DNA of 64,000 nucleotides from Rebecca billardiae RCC1528 (taxonomy: Eukaryota; Protista; Haptophyta), in contig OZ251227.1 in assembly GCA_965240325.2 (NCBI GenBank), positions 1,860,001-1,924,000 on the forward strand. Direction: 5' to 3'. Position numbers and translations under genes: made by a program. Of the stretch, positions 24,629 through 36,600 are shown piece after piece (positions within the stretch are counted from its first letter, which is position 1; every line of letters starts with the position of its first letter). The notes below the pieces were generated by a model. It ran no database searches. It saw only the letters and a program-made list of their open reading frames with translations, and was not told where the DNA came from.

Positions 24629-27600
24629 ATGTCGGCGGACATGAACTCGACACTGGTACCACTAGCCGTGGTGGGCATTGCGATGGTTACGCTTGCCGCC
24701 GTCGCCAGCATGCTGCTGCGCTGGCGGGCGTGTACACGCCGCAGCGGAACCACGCGGGTCTCGTCCTCGCGTGGGCGCGCAGCGGGAGCCACGGCGAGAT
24801 GCGTCGTGGCGAGTGCAATCATCTGCTCGGCTCAAGCCGGTACCATCCCCCAGGCGAGCGAGTACCAGACCTGCATCGCTACCCCTGCGAGCTGTGTGCT
24901 CCTGTGAGCGCTGTCGCGTGCGTTAGCGCCATAGCCATAGGCGGGGCGCGCATGGGGAGGCGCATCGTGACGCCAGCGTGTTCCGGCTGGGCAGATCGGG
25001 CAGCTACGCGAGCGTTCAGCCGCGGCACATGCGCCGGCGACCGCGCTTGCATGCCACTCATCATCTGCCATCCCCCCGACCACGGCGTGCGCGTGCAGTG
25101 ACTTGAGCAACGATGGGCGCACCGGAACACTGCCGTCGGAGCTCGGGCAGCTCACGGCTCTGACTGTCCTGTGTGCGCACGCTCTCCTGGCAGACGCGCC
25201 CACTGCGGCACTGCCCATCCGCGCGCCGCGACCTGCGCACACGACCCTGTCTGCATCAGTGCACCTGCAACCACATGGTTTGGTCGCCCCCTCAGCCGCC
25301 CTTTTGGCCTTCCCTCCATGGCGATTACTACAGGTACTTGTACGACAACTTGCTCACCGGCACGGTGCCGTCTGAGCTCGGGCAGCTGACGGCCCTGACC
25401 GAACTGTGCGCGCACGCTCTGCTGGCCGACGCGCCCGCTGCTGCACTGCCCACCCGCGCCACGGCCCGCGCACGCGTTGCCGCGCATCGTCCGGCACGTG
25501 TGGGCTGCCGGCGCCCGCCATCGTGTGGCGGGCGCGCATAGCGCACCTGTGCTCGCGCTCGCATCTTCGACCGCGCGAGTACGCCACTCAGCCGCCTTTG
25601 GCCTTCCCTCCACCCACGCCATGCGAGCGCAGGGACGTGTACAAGAACGACCTCACTGGAGCACTGCCGCCGGAGCTCGGGCAGCTGACGCGCATGCGAC
25701 GCATGTGCGCGCACGCTCTCCCGGCCGACGCGCCCGCTGCGGCAATGCCCACCGCGGCCCGCGCACGCGTTGCCGCACATCCTCCCGCGCGCGTGGGGTG
25801 CTTGCGCCCGCCCGCCAGCGGCGGGGGAATAGAGCGCACATGTGCGCGCGCTCGCACCCTCGACCGCGCGAGTACGCCACTCAGCGGCCCCTGGCCTTCC
25901 CTCCACCCGCGCCATGCGAGCGCAGGGGCTTCTACACAAACGACCTCGATGGACCGATGCCGCCGGCGCTCGGGCAGCTGACGAGCATGCTTCGCCTGTG
26001 CGCGCACGCTCTCCCTGCCGACGCGCCCGCTGCTGCACTGCCCAATCGCACTACTGCCTGCGCACACGCCGCCGCACATTGTCCGGCACCGTGTGGGCTG
26101 CCGGCGCCCGGCGGCGAGCGGCGGGCGCGCGTAGCGCACCTGTGCGTGCACTCGCTCCTCGCCACTCAGCCGCCTTTGGCCCTCCGCCCACCCATGCCAT
26201 GCGATTCTTACAGGTACTTGCATAGGAACTCGTTCACCGGATCGCTGCCATCGGAGCTCGGGCAGGCGACGGTCCTGACGAAACTGTGCGCGCACGCTCT
26301 CCAGGCCGACGCGCCCGCTGCTGCACTGCCCACCCGCGCCACGGCCCGCGCACGCGTTGCCGCGCGTCGTCCCGCGCGCGTGGGCTGTACCGGCGCCCGC
26401 CAGAGCGTGGCGGGCGCACATAGCGCACCCGTGTGCGCGTTCGCACGCTCGACCGCGCGGGTGCGCCACTCACCGCCTTCGGCCCTCCCTCCTCCACCCG
26501 CGCTGACGATGCGAGCGCAGCTACTTGGACACCAACGCCTTCTTCATCGGATCGCTGCCGACGGAGCTCGGGCAGCTGACGAGCATGGACACCCTGTACG
26601 CGCACGCTCTCCCCGCCAACGCGCCCGCTGCTGCACTGCCCCCCGGCGCCGCGGGCCGCGCACACGCGGCCGCGCATCGTCCGGCACGTGTGGGCTGCCG
26701 GCGCCCGGCGGCGAGCGGCGGGCGCACGAAGCGCACACGCGCGCGCTCTCGCTCCTTCGACCGCGCGGGTGCGCCGCTCAGCCGTTTTCGGCCCTCCCTC
26801 CACCCCCGTGGGCCGAGTGCAGGAACGCGCACGACGCCCCGTTCACAGGCACGCTGCCGACCGAGATTGCGCGCATGACCGACCTGGTCTTGATGTGCGC
26901 GCTGAGCTGCCGCTGCGGCGTGCCGTGTGCACGCGCACTCAGTGTCGCATGGCGCCACTCTCGCGCTGCGCCTCCATGCGCGCACCCCTTCACCGGCCTG
27001 ACGAATGAATGCGGGTGTATGTACTGCGTGCCTTCCACTGCCCCACAGGGACGTGTCCGTCACTTCGATCTGGGGCGGAGAGCACGGCTACCCCGGCGTG
27101 ACGCCTGCAGTGCTGCCTGATTACCCGCCGTACCCTCCACCCAGCCCGCCGCCGAGCTTGCCGCCACCGAGCCCACCACCGTCGCCACCGCCGTCGCCAC
27201 CGCCGTCGCCGCCGCCGAGCCCGCCGCCGCCATCCCCGCCGCCGAGCCCGCCACCGTCGCCGCCACCATCGCCGCCGCCGAGCCCACCGCCGCCATCGCC
27301 GCCTCCGCGCCCGCCACCGTCGCCGCCACCATCGCCGCCGCCGAGCCCACCGCCGCCGTTGCCGCCGCCAAGCCCACCACCCTCACCGCCACCATCGCCG
27401 CCACCCAGCCCACCGCCGCCATTGCCGCCGCCATCGCCTCCACCGAGCCCTCCGCCACCGCTGCCACCGCCGAGCCCGCCACCGTCGCCACCGCCATCAC
27501 CGCCACCAAGCCCACCGCCGCCATCGCCGCCTCCGAGCCCGCCACCGTCGCCGCCACCGTCGCCGCCGCCGAGCCCACCGCCGCCATCGCCGCCTCCAAG

Positions 27601-30600
27601 CCCGCCACCGTCGCCGCCACCATCGACGCCACCAACGCCTCCACCGAGCCCGCCGCCACCGTCCCCGCCTCCGCGCCCACCACCGTCGCCACCACCATCG
27701 CCTCCACCGAGCCCTCCGCCACCATCGCCGCCTCCGCGCCCGCCGCCATTGCCGCCACCATCGCCTCCACCGAGCCCACCGCCACCGTCGCCTCCTCCGA
27801 GCCCGCCACCGTCACCGCCTCCGAGCCCGCCACCATCGCCGCCACCATCGCCGCCACCGAGCCCTCCGCCGCCATCGCCGCCACCGAGCCCGCCACCGTC
27901 GCCGCCACCATCGCCTCCACCGAGCCCGCCGCCACCGTCCCCGCCTCCGCGCCCACCACCGTCGCCACCACCATCGCCTCCACCGAGCCCTCCGCCACCG
28001 TCCCCGCCTCCGCGCCCACCACCGTCGCCACCACCATCGCCTCCACCGAGCCCTCCGCCACCGTCCCCGCCTCCGAGCCCGCCACCGTCGCCGCCACCGT
28101 CGCCGCCGCCGAGCCCTCCGCCACCGTCGCCGCCTCCGAGCCCGCCACCGACGCCGCCACCGTCGCCGCCGCCGAGCCCACCGCCGCCATCGCCGCCTCC
28201 AAGCCCGCCACCGTCGCCGCCACCATCGCCGCCACCAGGCCCTCCGCCACCGTCACCGCCACCGAGCCCGCCACCGTCGCCACCACCATCGCCGCCGCCG
28301 AGTCCACCGCCGCCGTTGCCGCCGCCAAGCCCACCACCTTCACCGCCACCATCGCCGCCACCGAGCCCTCCGCCGCCATCGCCGCCACCGAGCCCGCCAC
28401 CGTCGCCGCCACCATCGCCTCCACCGAGCCCTCCGCCACCGTCCCCGCCTCCGCGCCCACCACCGTCGCCACCACCATCGCCTCCACCGAGCCCGCCGCC
28501 ACCGTCCCCGCCTCCGAGCCCGCCACCGTCGCCGCCACCGTCGCCGCCACCGAGCCCACCGCCACCGTCCCCGCCTCCGAGCCCGCCACCGTCGCCGCCA
28601 CCGTCGCCGCCGCCGAGCCCACCGCCGCCATCGCCGCCTCCGAGCCCGCCACCGTCGCCGCCACCATCGCCGCCACCAGGCCCTCCGCCACCGTCACCGC
28701 CACCGAGCCCGCCACCGTCGCCACCACCATCGCCGCCGCCGAGCCCACCGCCGCCGTTGCCGCCGCCAAGCCCACCACCTTCACCGCCACCATCGCCGCC
28801 ACCGAGCCCTCCGCCGCCATCGCCGCCACCGAGCCCGCCACCGTCGCCGCCACCATCGCCTCCACCGAGCCCTCCGCCACCGTCCCCGCCTCCGCGCCCA
28901 CCACCGTCGCCGCCACCATCGCCTCCACCGAGCCCTCCGCCACCGTCCCCGCCTCCGAGCCCGCCGCCGTCGCCGCCACCGTCGCCGCCGCCGAGCCCAC
29001 CGCCACCGTCGCTGCCTCCAAGCCCGCCACCGTCGCCGCCACCATCGCCGCCGCCGAGCCCTCCGCCGCCATCGCCGCCTCCAAGCCCGCCACCGTTGCC
29101 GCCACCATCGCCGCCACCGAGCCCTCCGCCACCGTCCCCGCCTCCGAGCCCGCCACCATCGCCGCCACCATCGCCTCCACCGAGCCCGCCGCCACCGTCA
29201 CCGCCACCGAGCCCGCCGCCGTTGCCGCCACCGTCGCCGCCGCCGAGCCCACCGCCACCGTCGCTGCCTCCAAGCCCGCCACCGTCGCCGCCACCATCGC
29301 CGCCGCCGAGCCCTCCGCCGCCATCGCCGCCTCCAAGCCCGCCACCGTCGCCGCCACCATCGCCGCCACCAGGCCCTCCGCCACCGTCACCGCCACCGAG
29401 CCCGCCGCCGTCGCCGCCACCGTCGCCGCCGCCGAGCCCACCGCCACCGTCGCTGCCTCCAAGCCCGCCACCGTCGCCGCCACCATCGCCGCCGCCGAGC
29501 CCTCCGCCGCCATCGCCGCCTCCAAGCCCGCCACCGTCGCCGCCACCATCGCCGCCACCAGGCCCTCCGCCACCGTCACCGCCACCGAGCCCGCCACCGT
29601 CGCCACCACCATCGCCGCCGCCGAGCCCACCGCCGCCGTTGCCGCCGCCAAGCCCACCACCTTCACCGCCACCATCGCCGCCACCGAGCCCTCCGCCGCC
29701 ATCGCCGCCACCGATCCCGCCACCGTCGCCGCCACCATCGCCTCCACCGAGCCCTCCGCCACCGTCCCCGCCTCCGAGCCCGCCGCCGTCGCCGCCACCG
29801 TCGCCGCCGCCGAGCCCACCGCCGCCATCGCCGCCTCCGAGCCCGCCACCGTCGCCGCCACCATCGCCTCCACCGAGCCCTCCGCCACCGTCACCGCCAC
29901 CGAGCCCGCCACCATCGCCACCACCATCGCCGCCGCCGAGCCCACCGCCGCCGTTGCCGCCGCCAAGCCCACCACCTTCACCGCCACCATCGCCGCCACC
30001 GAGCCCTCCGCCGCCATCGCCGCCACCGATCCCGCCACCGTCGCCGCCACCATCGCCTCCACCGAGCCCTCCGCCACCGTCCCCGCCTCCGAGCCCGCCA
30101 CCGTCGCCACCACCATCGCCTCCACCGAGCCCGCCGCCACCGTCACCGCCACCGAGCCCGCCGCCGTCGCCGCCACCATCGCCTCCACCGAGCCCGCCGC
30201 CACCGTCACCGCCACCGCGCCCGCCACCATCGCCGCCACCATCGCCTCCACCGAGCCCTCCGCCACCGTCACCGCCACCGAGCCCGCCACCGTCGCCGCC
30301 ACCATCGCCGCCACCGAGCCCTCCGCCACCGTCACCGCCTCCGAGCCCGCCACCATCGCCGCCACCATCGCCGCCACCGAGCCCTCCGCCGCCATCGCCG
30401 CCACCGAGCCCGCCACCGTCGCCGCCACCATCGCCTCCACCGAGCCCGCCGCCACCGTCACCGCCTCCGAGCCCGCCACCGTCGCCGCCACCATCGCCTC
30501 CACCGAGCCCGCCGCCACCGTCCCCGCCTCCGCGCCCACCACCGTCGCCACCACCATCGCCTCCACCGAGCCCTCCGCCACCGTCCCCGCCTCCGAGCCC

Positions 30601-33600
30601 GCCACCGTCGCCGCCACCGTCGCCGCCGCCGAGCCCTCCGCCACCGTCGCCGCCTCCGAGCCCTCCACCGTCGCCACCACCATCGCCGCCGCCGAGCCCA
30701 CCGCCGCCGTTGCCGCCGCCAAGCCCACCACCATCGCCGCCACCGTCGCCGCCGCCGAGCCCACCGCCGCCGTTGCCGCCGCCAAGCCCACCACCATCGC
30801 CGCCACCATCGCCGCCACCGAGCCCTCCGCCGCCATCGCCGCCACCGAGCCCGCCGCCGTCGCCACCACCATCGCCTCCACCGAGCCCGCCGCCACCGTC
30901 CCCGCCTCCGAGCCCGCCGCCGTCGCCGCCACCGTCGCCGCCGCCGAGCCCACTGCCGCCATCGCCGCCTCCGAGCCCGCCACCGTCGCCGCCACCATCG
31001 CCTCCACCGAGCCCTCCGCCACCGTCACCGCCACCGAGCCCGCCACCGTCGCCACCACCATCGCCGCCGCCGAGCCCACCGCCGCCGTTGCCGCCGCCAA
31101 GCCCACCACCGTCGCCGCCACCATCGCCGCCGCCGAGCCCTCCGCCGCCATCGCCGCCACCGATCCCGCCACCGTCGCCGCCACCATCGCCTCCACCGAG
31201 CCCACCGCCACCGTCACCGCCACCGAGCCCGCCACCGTCGCCACCACCATCGCCACCGCCGAGCCCACCGCCGCCGTTGCCGCCGCCAAGCCCACCACCT
31301 TCACCGCCACCATCGCCGCCACCGAGCCCTCCGCCGCCATCGCCGCCACCGAGCCCGCCACCGTCGCCGCCACCATCGCCTCCACCGAGCCCGCCGCCAC
31401 CGTCCCCGCCTCCGCGCCCGCCACCGTCACCACCACCATCGCCTCCACCGAGCCCGCCGCCACCGTCCCCGCCTCCGAGCCCGCCACCGTCGCCACCACC
31501 ATCGCCTCCACCGAGCCCTCCGCCACCGTCCCCGCCTCCGAGCCTGCCACCGTCGCCGCCACCGTCGCCGCCGCCGAGCCCACCGCCGCCGTCGCTGCCT
31601 CCGCGCCCACCACCGTCGCCGCCACCATCGCCGCCGCCGAGCCCTCCGCCGCCATCGCCGCCACCGATCCCGCCACCGTCGCCGCCACCATCGCCTCCAC
31701 CGAGCCCACCGCCACCGTCACCGCCACCGAGCCCGCCACCGTCGCCACCACCATCGCCGCCGCCGAGCCCACCGCCGCCGTTGCCGCCGCCAAGCCCACC
31801 ACCTTCACCGCCACCATCGCCGCCACCGAGCCCTCCGCCGCCATCGCCGCCACCGAGCCCGCCACCGTCGCCGCCACCATCGCCTCCACCGAGCCCGCCG
31901 CCACCGTCCCCGCCTCCGCGCCCGCCACCGTCACCACCACCATCGCCTCCACCGAGCCCGCCGCCACCGTCCCCGCCTCCGAGCCCGCCACCGTCGCCGC
32001 CACCATCGCCTCCACCGAGCCCTCCGCCACCGTCCCCGCCTCCGAGCCTGCCACCGTCGCCGCCACCGTCGCCGCCGCCGAGCCCACCGCCGCCGTCGCT
32101 GCCTCCGCGCCCACCACCGTCGCCGCCACCATCGCCGCCGCCGTCGCCGCCACCGAGCCCACCGCCGCCATTGCCACCGCCGCGCCCGCCGCCATCGCCA
32201 CCGCCGTCGCCGCCGCCGAGCCCGCCGCCACCGTCGCCGCCGCCATCGCCGCCGCCGAGCCCTCCGCCGTCACCGCCGCCGAGCCCACCGCCGCCATTGC
32301 CACCGCCGAGCCCGCCACCATCGCCGCCGCCGTCGCCGCCGCCAAGCCCACCGCCACCCTCGCCGCTGCCGAGCCCGCCGCCATCGCCACCGCCGTCACC
32401 GCCGCCGAGCCCACCGCCACCCAGGCCGCCACCGAGCCCGCCACCGTCGCTACCGCCGTCGTCGCCGCCGAGCCCACCGCCGCCACTGCCACCGCCAAGC
32501 CCGCCACCATCATCGCCACCATTGCCACCGCCCAGCCCACCGCCCCCGCTGCCACCGCCGAGCCCACCGCCATCGCCGCCGCCCAGCCCGCCGCCACCCT
32601 CAATGCCACCGAGCCCGCCACCATCGCCACCGCCGTCGCCGCCACCGAACCCACCGCCACCCTCAATGCCACCGAGCCCGCCGCCATCGCCGCCGCCGTC
32701 GCCGCCACCGAGCCCACCACCGCCATTGCCGCCGCCGAGCCCGCCACCATCGCCGCCGCCGTCGCCGCCGCCAGGCCCACCGCCACCATTGCCACCGCCG
32801 AGCCCGCCACCATCGCCGCCGCCGTCGCCGCCACCAAGCCCACTGCCACCTTCGCCGCCGCCGAGCCCGCCACCATCGCCACCGCCGTCGCCGCCACCGA
32901 GCCCACCGCCACCCTGGCCGCCACCGAGCCCGCCACCGTCGCCACTGCCGTCGCCGCCACCGAGCCCACCACCGCCACTGCCGCCGCCGAGCCCGCCGCC
33001 ATCGCCGCCGCCGTCGCCGCCGCCAGGCCCACCGCCACCATTGCCACCACCGAGCCCGCCACCATCGCCGCCGCCGTCGCCGCCACCAAGCCCACCGCCA
33101 CCCTCGCCGCCGCCGTGCCCCCCACCATCCCCACCGCCGTCGCCGCCGCCGAGCCCACCGCAACCATCGCCGCCGCCGAGCCCGCCACCGTCGCCGCCGC
33201 CGTCGCCGCCACCGAGCCCACCACCGCCACTGCCGCCGCCGAGCCCGCCACCATTGCCACCGCCGTCGCCCCCGCCAGGCCCACCGCCACCATTGCCACC
33301 GCCGAGCCCGCCACCATCGCCGCCACCATTGCCGCCGCCCTCGCCGCCGCCGAGCCCACCGCCGCCATTGCCGCCGCCGAGCCCCCCACCATCCCCACCG
33401 CCGTCGCCGCCGCCGAGCCCACCGCCACCGTCGCCGCCACCGAGCCCGCCGCCATCGCCACCGCCGTCGCCGCCGCCGAGCCCACCGCCGCCACTGCCAC
33501 CGCCGAGCCCACCGCCATCGCCGCCGCCATCGCCGCCGCCGAGCCCTCCGCCACCGTCGCCGCCTCCGAACCCACCTCCGTCACCACCACCATCGCCACC

Positions 33601-36600
33601 GCCGAGCCCACCGCCACCACTGCTACCGCCAAGCCCGCCACCATCACCGCCGCCGTCGCCACCGCCAAGCCCACTGCCACCGCTGCCACCGCCAAGCCCG
33701 CCACCGTCGCCGCCACCATCGCCGCCACCATCGCCTGCACCGAGCCCATCGCCACCTTCGCCGCCACCGAGCCCGCCGCCTTCACCGCCGCCGTCACCGC
33801 CACCGAGACCGCCACCGCCTCTGCCACCACCGTCACCACCGCCCTCGCCTCCGCCATCGCCGCCGCCCAGCCCACCACCGTCAACAACGACACCATTGCC
33901 ACCGCCGAGCCCGCCGCCTTTGTCGCCGCTGCCCTCCCCGCCGCCCACGCAACCGCCCTCGCTGCCACCCTCGCCCCCGCCGACCCCGCCGCCCTCGCTG
34001 CCGCCCTCGCCGCCGCCGAGCCCACCTCCAGCGCCCTTCCCATCGCCCCCGCCCAGCCCCCCTCCGGGCGCTCTGCCGCCCGCACCGCCGCCGCCGCCGC
34101 CGCCGCGGCCGTCGCCGCCACAGCCACCGAGCATTCCGCCGCCCCTGCCGCCGTCGCTGCCCCCGAGCCTCCGCCCTCTGGACCCGCCCTCGCCTCCGCC
34201 ACCGGCGCCGCCCTCAGCCGAGTCACCGCCACCGCACCAGCCTCCGCTGCCGCCGCCGAGCCCGCCGCCACCAGGCCCGCCGCCGCCACCGCCGTCGGCG
34301 CCGCCGCCGCCCCCGCCGCTCGCCGCGCCGGCCCTACTCTCCGCCGCGTTCGACTCGAGCGCCACCAGCCTCGTCCTCCGCTTCGACTCACCAACCGACC
34401 GCGGCGGGCTGAACGCCGGGCTGGCGCGGTGCGCGCCGCTGCTCGACGACGAGACGCTCGGCCTCGTGGCCGGCGGCGCGGCTGTGGCCGAGGCGGCCGA
34501 CGGCGGCGCACGCGAGCGGCAGTGCTACTGGCGGGACGACCGCTCGCTTGTCGTGAACCTGCGCGCGGCCTCGCACGTCCGGCCGGGCGACCGCGTGGGC
34601 GTGCGCGCTGGGGCCATCGCCCACGTCGCGTGCGCGGCGCGCGCGCCCGCGGCGCCGTGCGCGGCGCACGCGTACGCGGCTGCGGCGAGCGTGGTGATCT
34701 CGGCGGACGCCCCGTGCGGCGTGAGCTCGGCGTGCGCCGCGCCCATCGCAAGCGTGTCCGGCGCGCGCGTGCTGCCGACATGCGCCGCCGCCTCGCTCCG
34801 CCTGATCGGCGGCGTGGGCGGCGGCGGCGGTGTCTTGCCTCTCTCCTTTGAGTGGCGCGTGGCGCCGCTCGCGGCGGACCCGCCGCCCGCCGCGGCCGTG
34901 GCGGCGCTGTCGGCGCTGCTCGAGGCGCTGCCTCCAACGCAGGCGGTGCTCGAGCTCGACGCGGCCGCGCTCGGCGCCGAGGGCGGCTTCGTCTTCTCCC
35001 TCGTCCTCACCTCCGCGCTCGGCATCGCGTCCGCGCCCGCGACGCACGCCGTGGCGCGCGCGCCGCCGAACGGCCCGAGCGTCGAGGTGGATGGGCGGTC
35101 GTCGGGCGTGCTCGCGCGCGCGGACAGCGCCGTGCGGCTGTGGGCGAACGTCGGCCTGTCCCCGTGCTGGCCATCCACGCTCTCCGCGCACGTGCGCTTC
35201 GGCTGGGCGGTGCTCAACGTGACGCGCGACGACGACGTCGACAGCGGCGTCTCGGCCGCGCCGAGTGCCGCGGCGCCGCGCGTGCCCGACCTGAGCGATG
35301 CCGCCGGCGCGACGCTGCAGCTGCCGCCGTGGTCGCTGAGCGCGGGGCACGCATACACGCTGCGCGTGCTCGCGACGATGGCCGCGGTGCCCGAGCTCAG
35401 CGCGAGCGCCGACGTCTCGCTGCGCGTGCCCTACTTGCCGCTGCGAGCCGCGCTCACGCCGAGCGCCGCGCGCGTGGGCGGTGCCGACGCGGTGCGGCTG
35501 GACGCCTCCGCCTCGGCCAACCCGAACGAGGCGGCGGGCGGCGGGCTCGCGTTCGCGTGGGGGGTGGCGCGCGCGGCAGACGGCGTGCCCGTCGAGCTCG
35601 ACCTGCCCAACGCCACCTCGCCCACGCTGCTGCTGCCGCCGGGCGCGCTGCCGCACGGCGCGGCGTATCTCGTGCGCGTGCTCGTGTCTGCGCCCGGCGC
35701 GCCCGCGCTCGCGCCCGCGGCGGCGGAGGCGAGGGTCGAGGTAGTGGCAGCGGCGGCGGCGCTGCCGACGCTCCGCCTGGCGCCGCTCGCCGCGCGCAAG
35801 GCCGCGCCCACGTGGGAGCGCAGCAGCGGCCGCCTCGCCCTCCGCGCCACCGTCGACGCCGCCGCGGACGCCGAGCTCGCCGACGGCGCGGAGGCGGAGG
35901 CGGCGCACGACTTTGCGTGGCGCGCGTGGCTCGTGGGCGCGGGCGGCGCGCGCACGCCCGCGCCGTTCGACCTGGCGGACAGCGCCGGCGTCACGACGAC
36001 GGGCGCCGGACAGCCCACGCTTGCCTTCCGCAGCGGCGCGCTCAGCGCGGGCGCGACCTATGCGTTCGAGGTGCGCGCGACGCGGCGCGCGGACGGCGCG
36101 GCCGGCGGCGCGGCGGCCGCGGAGCTGGTCGTGGTGGTCAACCGGCCGCCGTACGGCGGGGCGCTGGCGGTCTCGCCGGCGCACGGCGTCGCCGCGCTCA
36201 CGCCGTTCGCGCTGCGCGCGATCAGCTGGACGGACGACGACCCGGACGACCTGCCGCTCAGCTACGCCTTCTCGCACGCGGCCGTGGACGAGGGCGCGGC
36301 CGCGGCGCTCGGCGCGGCGCAGCGCTCGGCGCACGCGCTCGCGCTGCTGCCCGCGGGCAACCGCACGCTGTACGTGCGCGTGGCGGACGCGCTCGGCGCG
36401 AGCGCGCGCGCTGTGTCGTCCGTGCGCGTGTACTCGCTCCGCGCCGACGCCGCCGCCGCAGCTGAAGCCGCCGTGCCCGGCTCGGGCGGCGCGGTGGCGG
36501 ACGCGGCCGTGAGCGCGGCAGTGGCGCGCGCGCAGCTTGCTCTGGGCTCTGGCGACACGACTCGCTCGCTGCAGCTCGCCGGCGCGATCGCCGCGGAGCT

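Noticed and set aside
25099-26894. LRR cassette array read as a CRISPR, integron or non-coding satellite
   Set aside because: The variable parts are in-frame exons with canonical splice sites.
27060-34937. Minus-strand ORFs of 2,414 aa (GGGD/GGGL) and 2,625 aa (AAATVA)
   Set aside because: Antisense shadows of the Pro-rich repeat; only the plus frame links to LRR exons and REJ/GPS domains.
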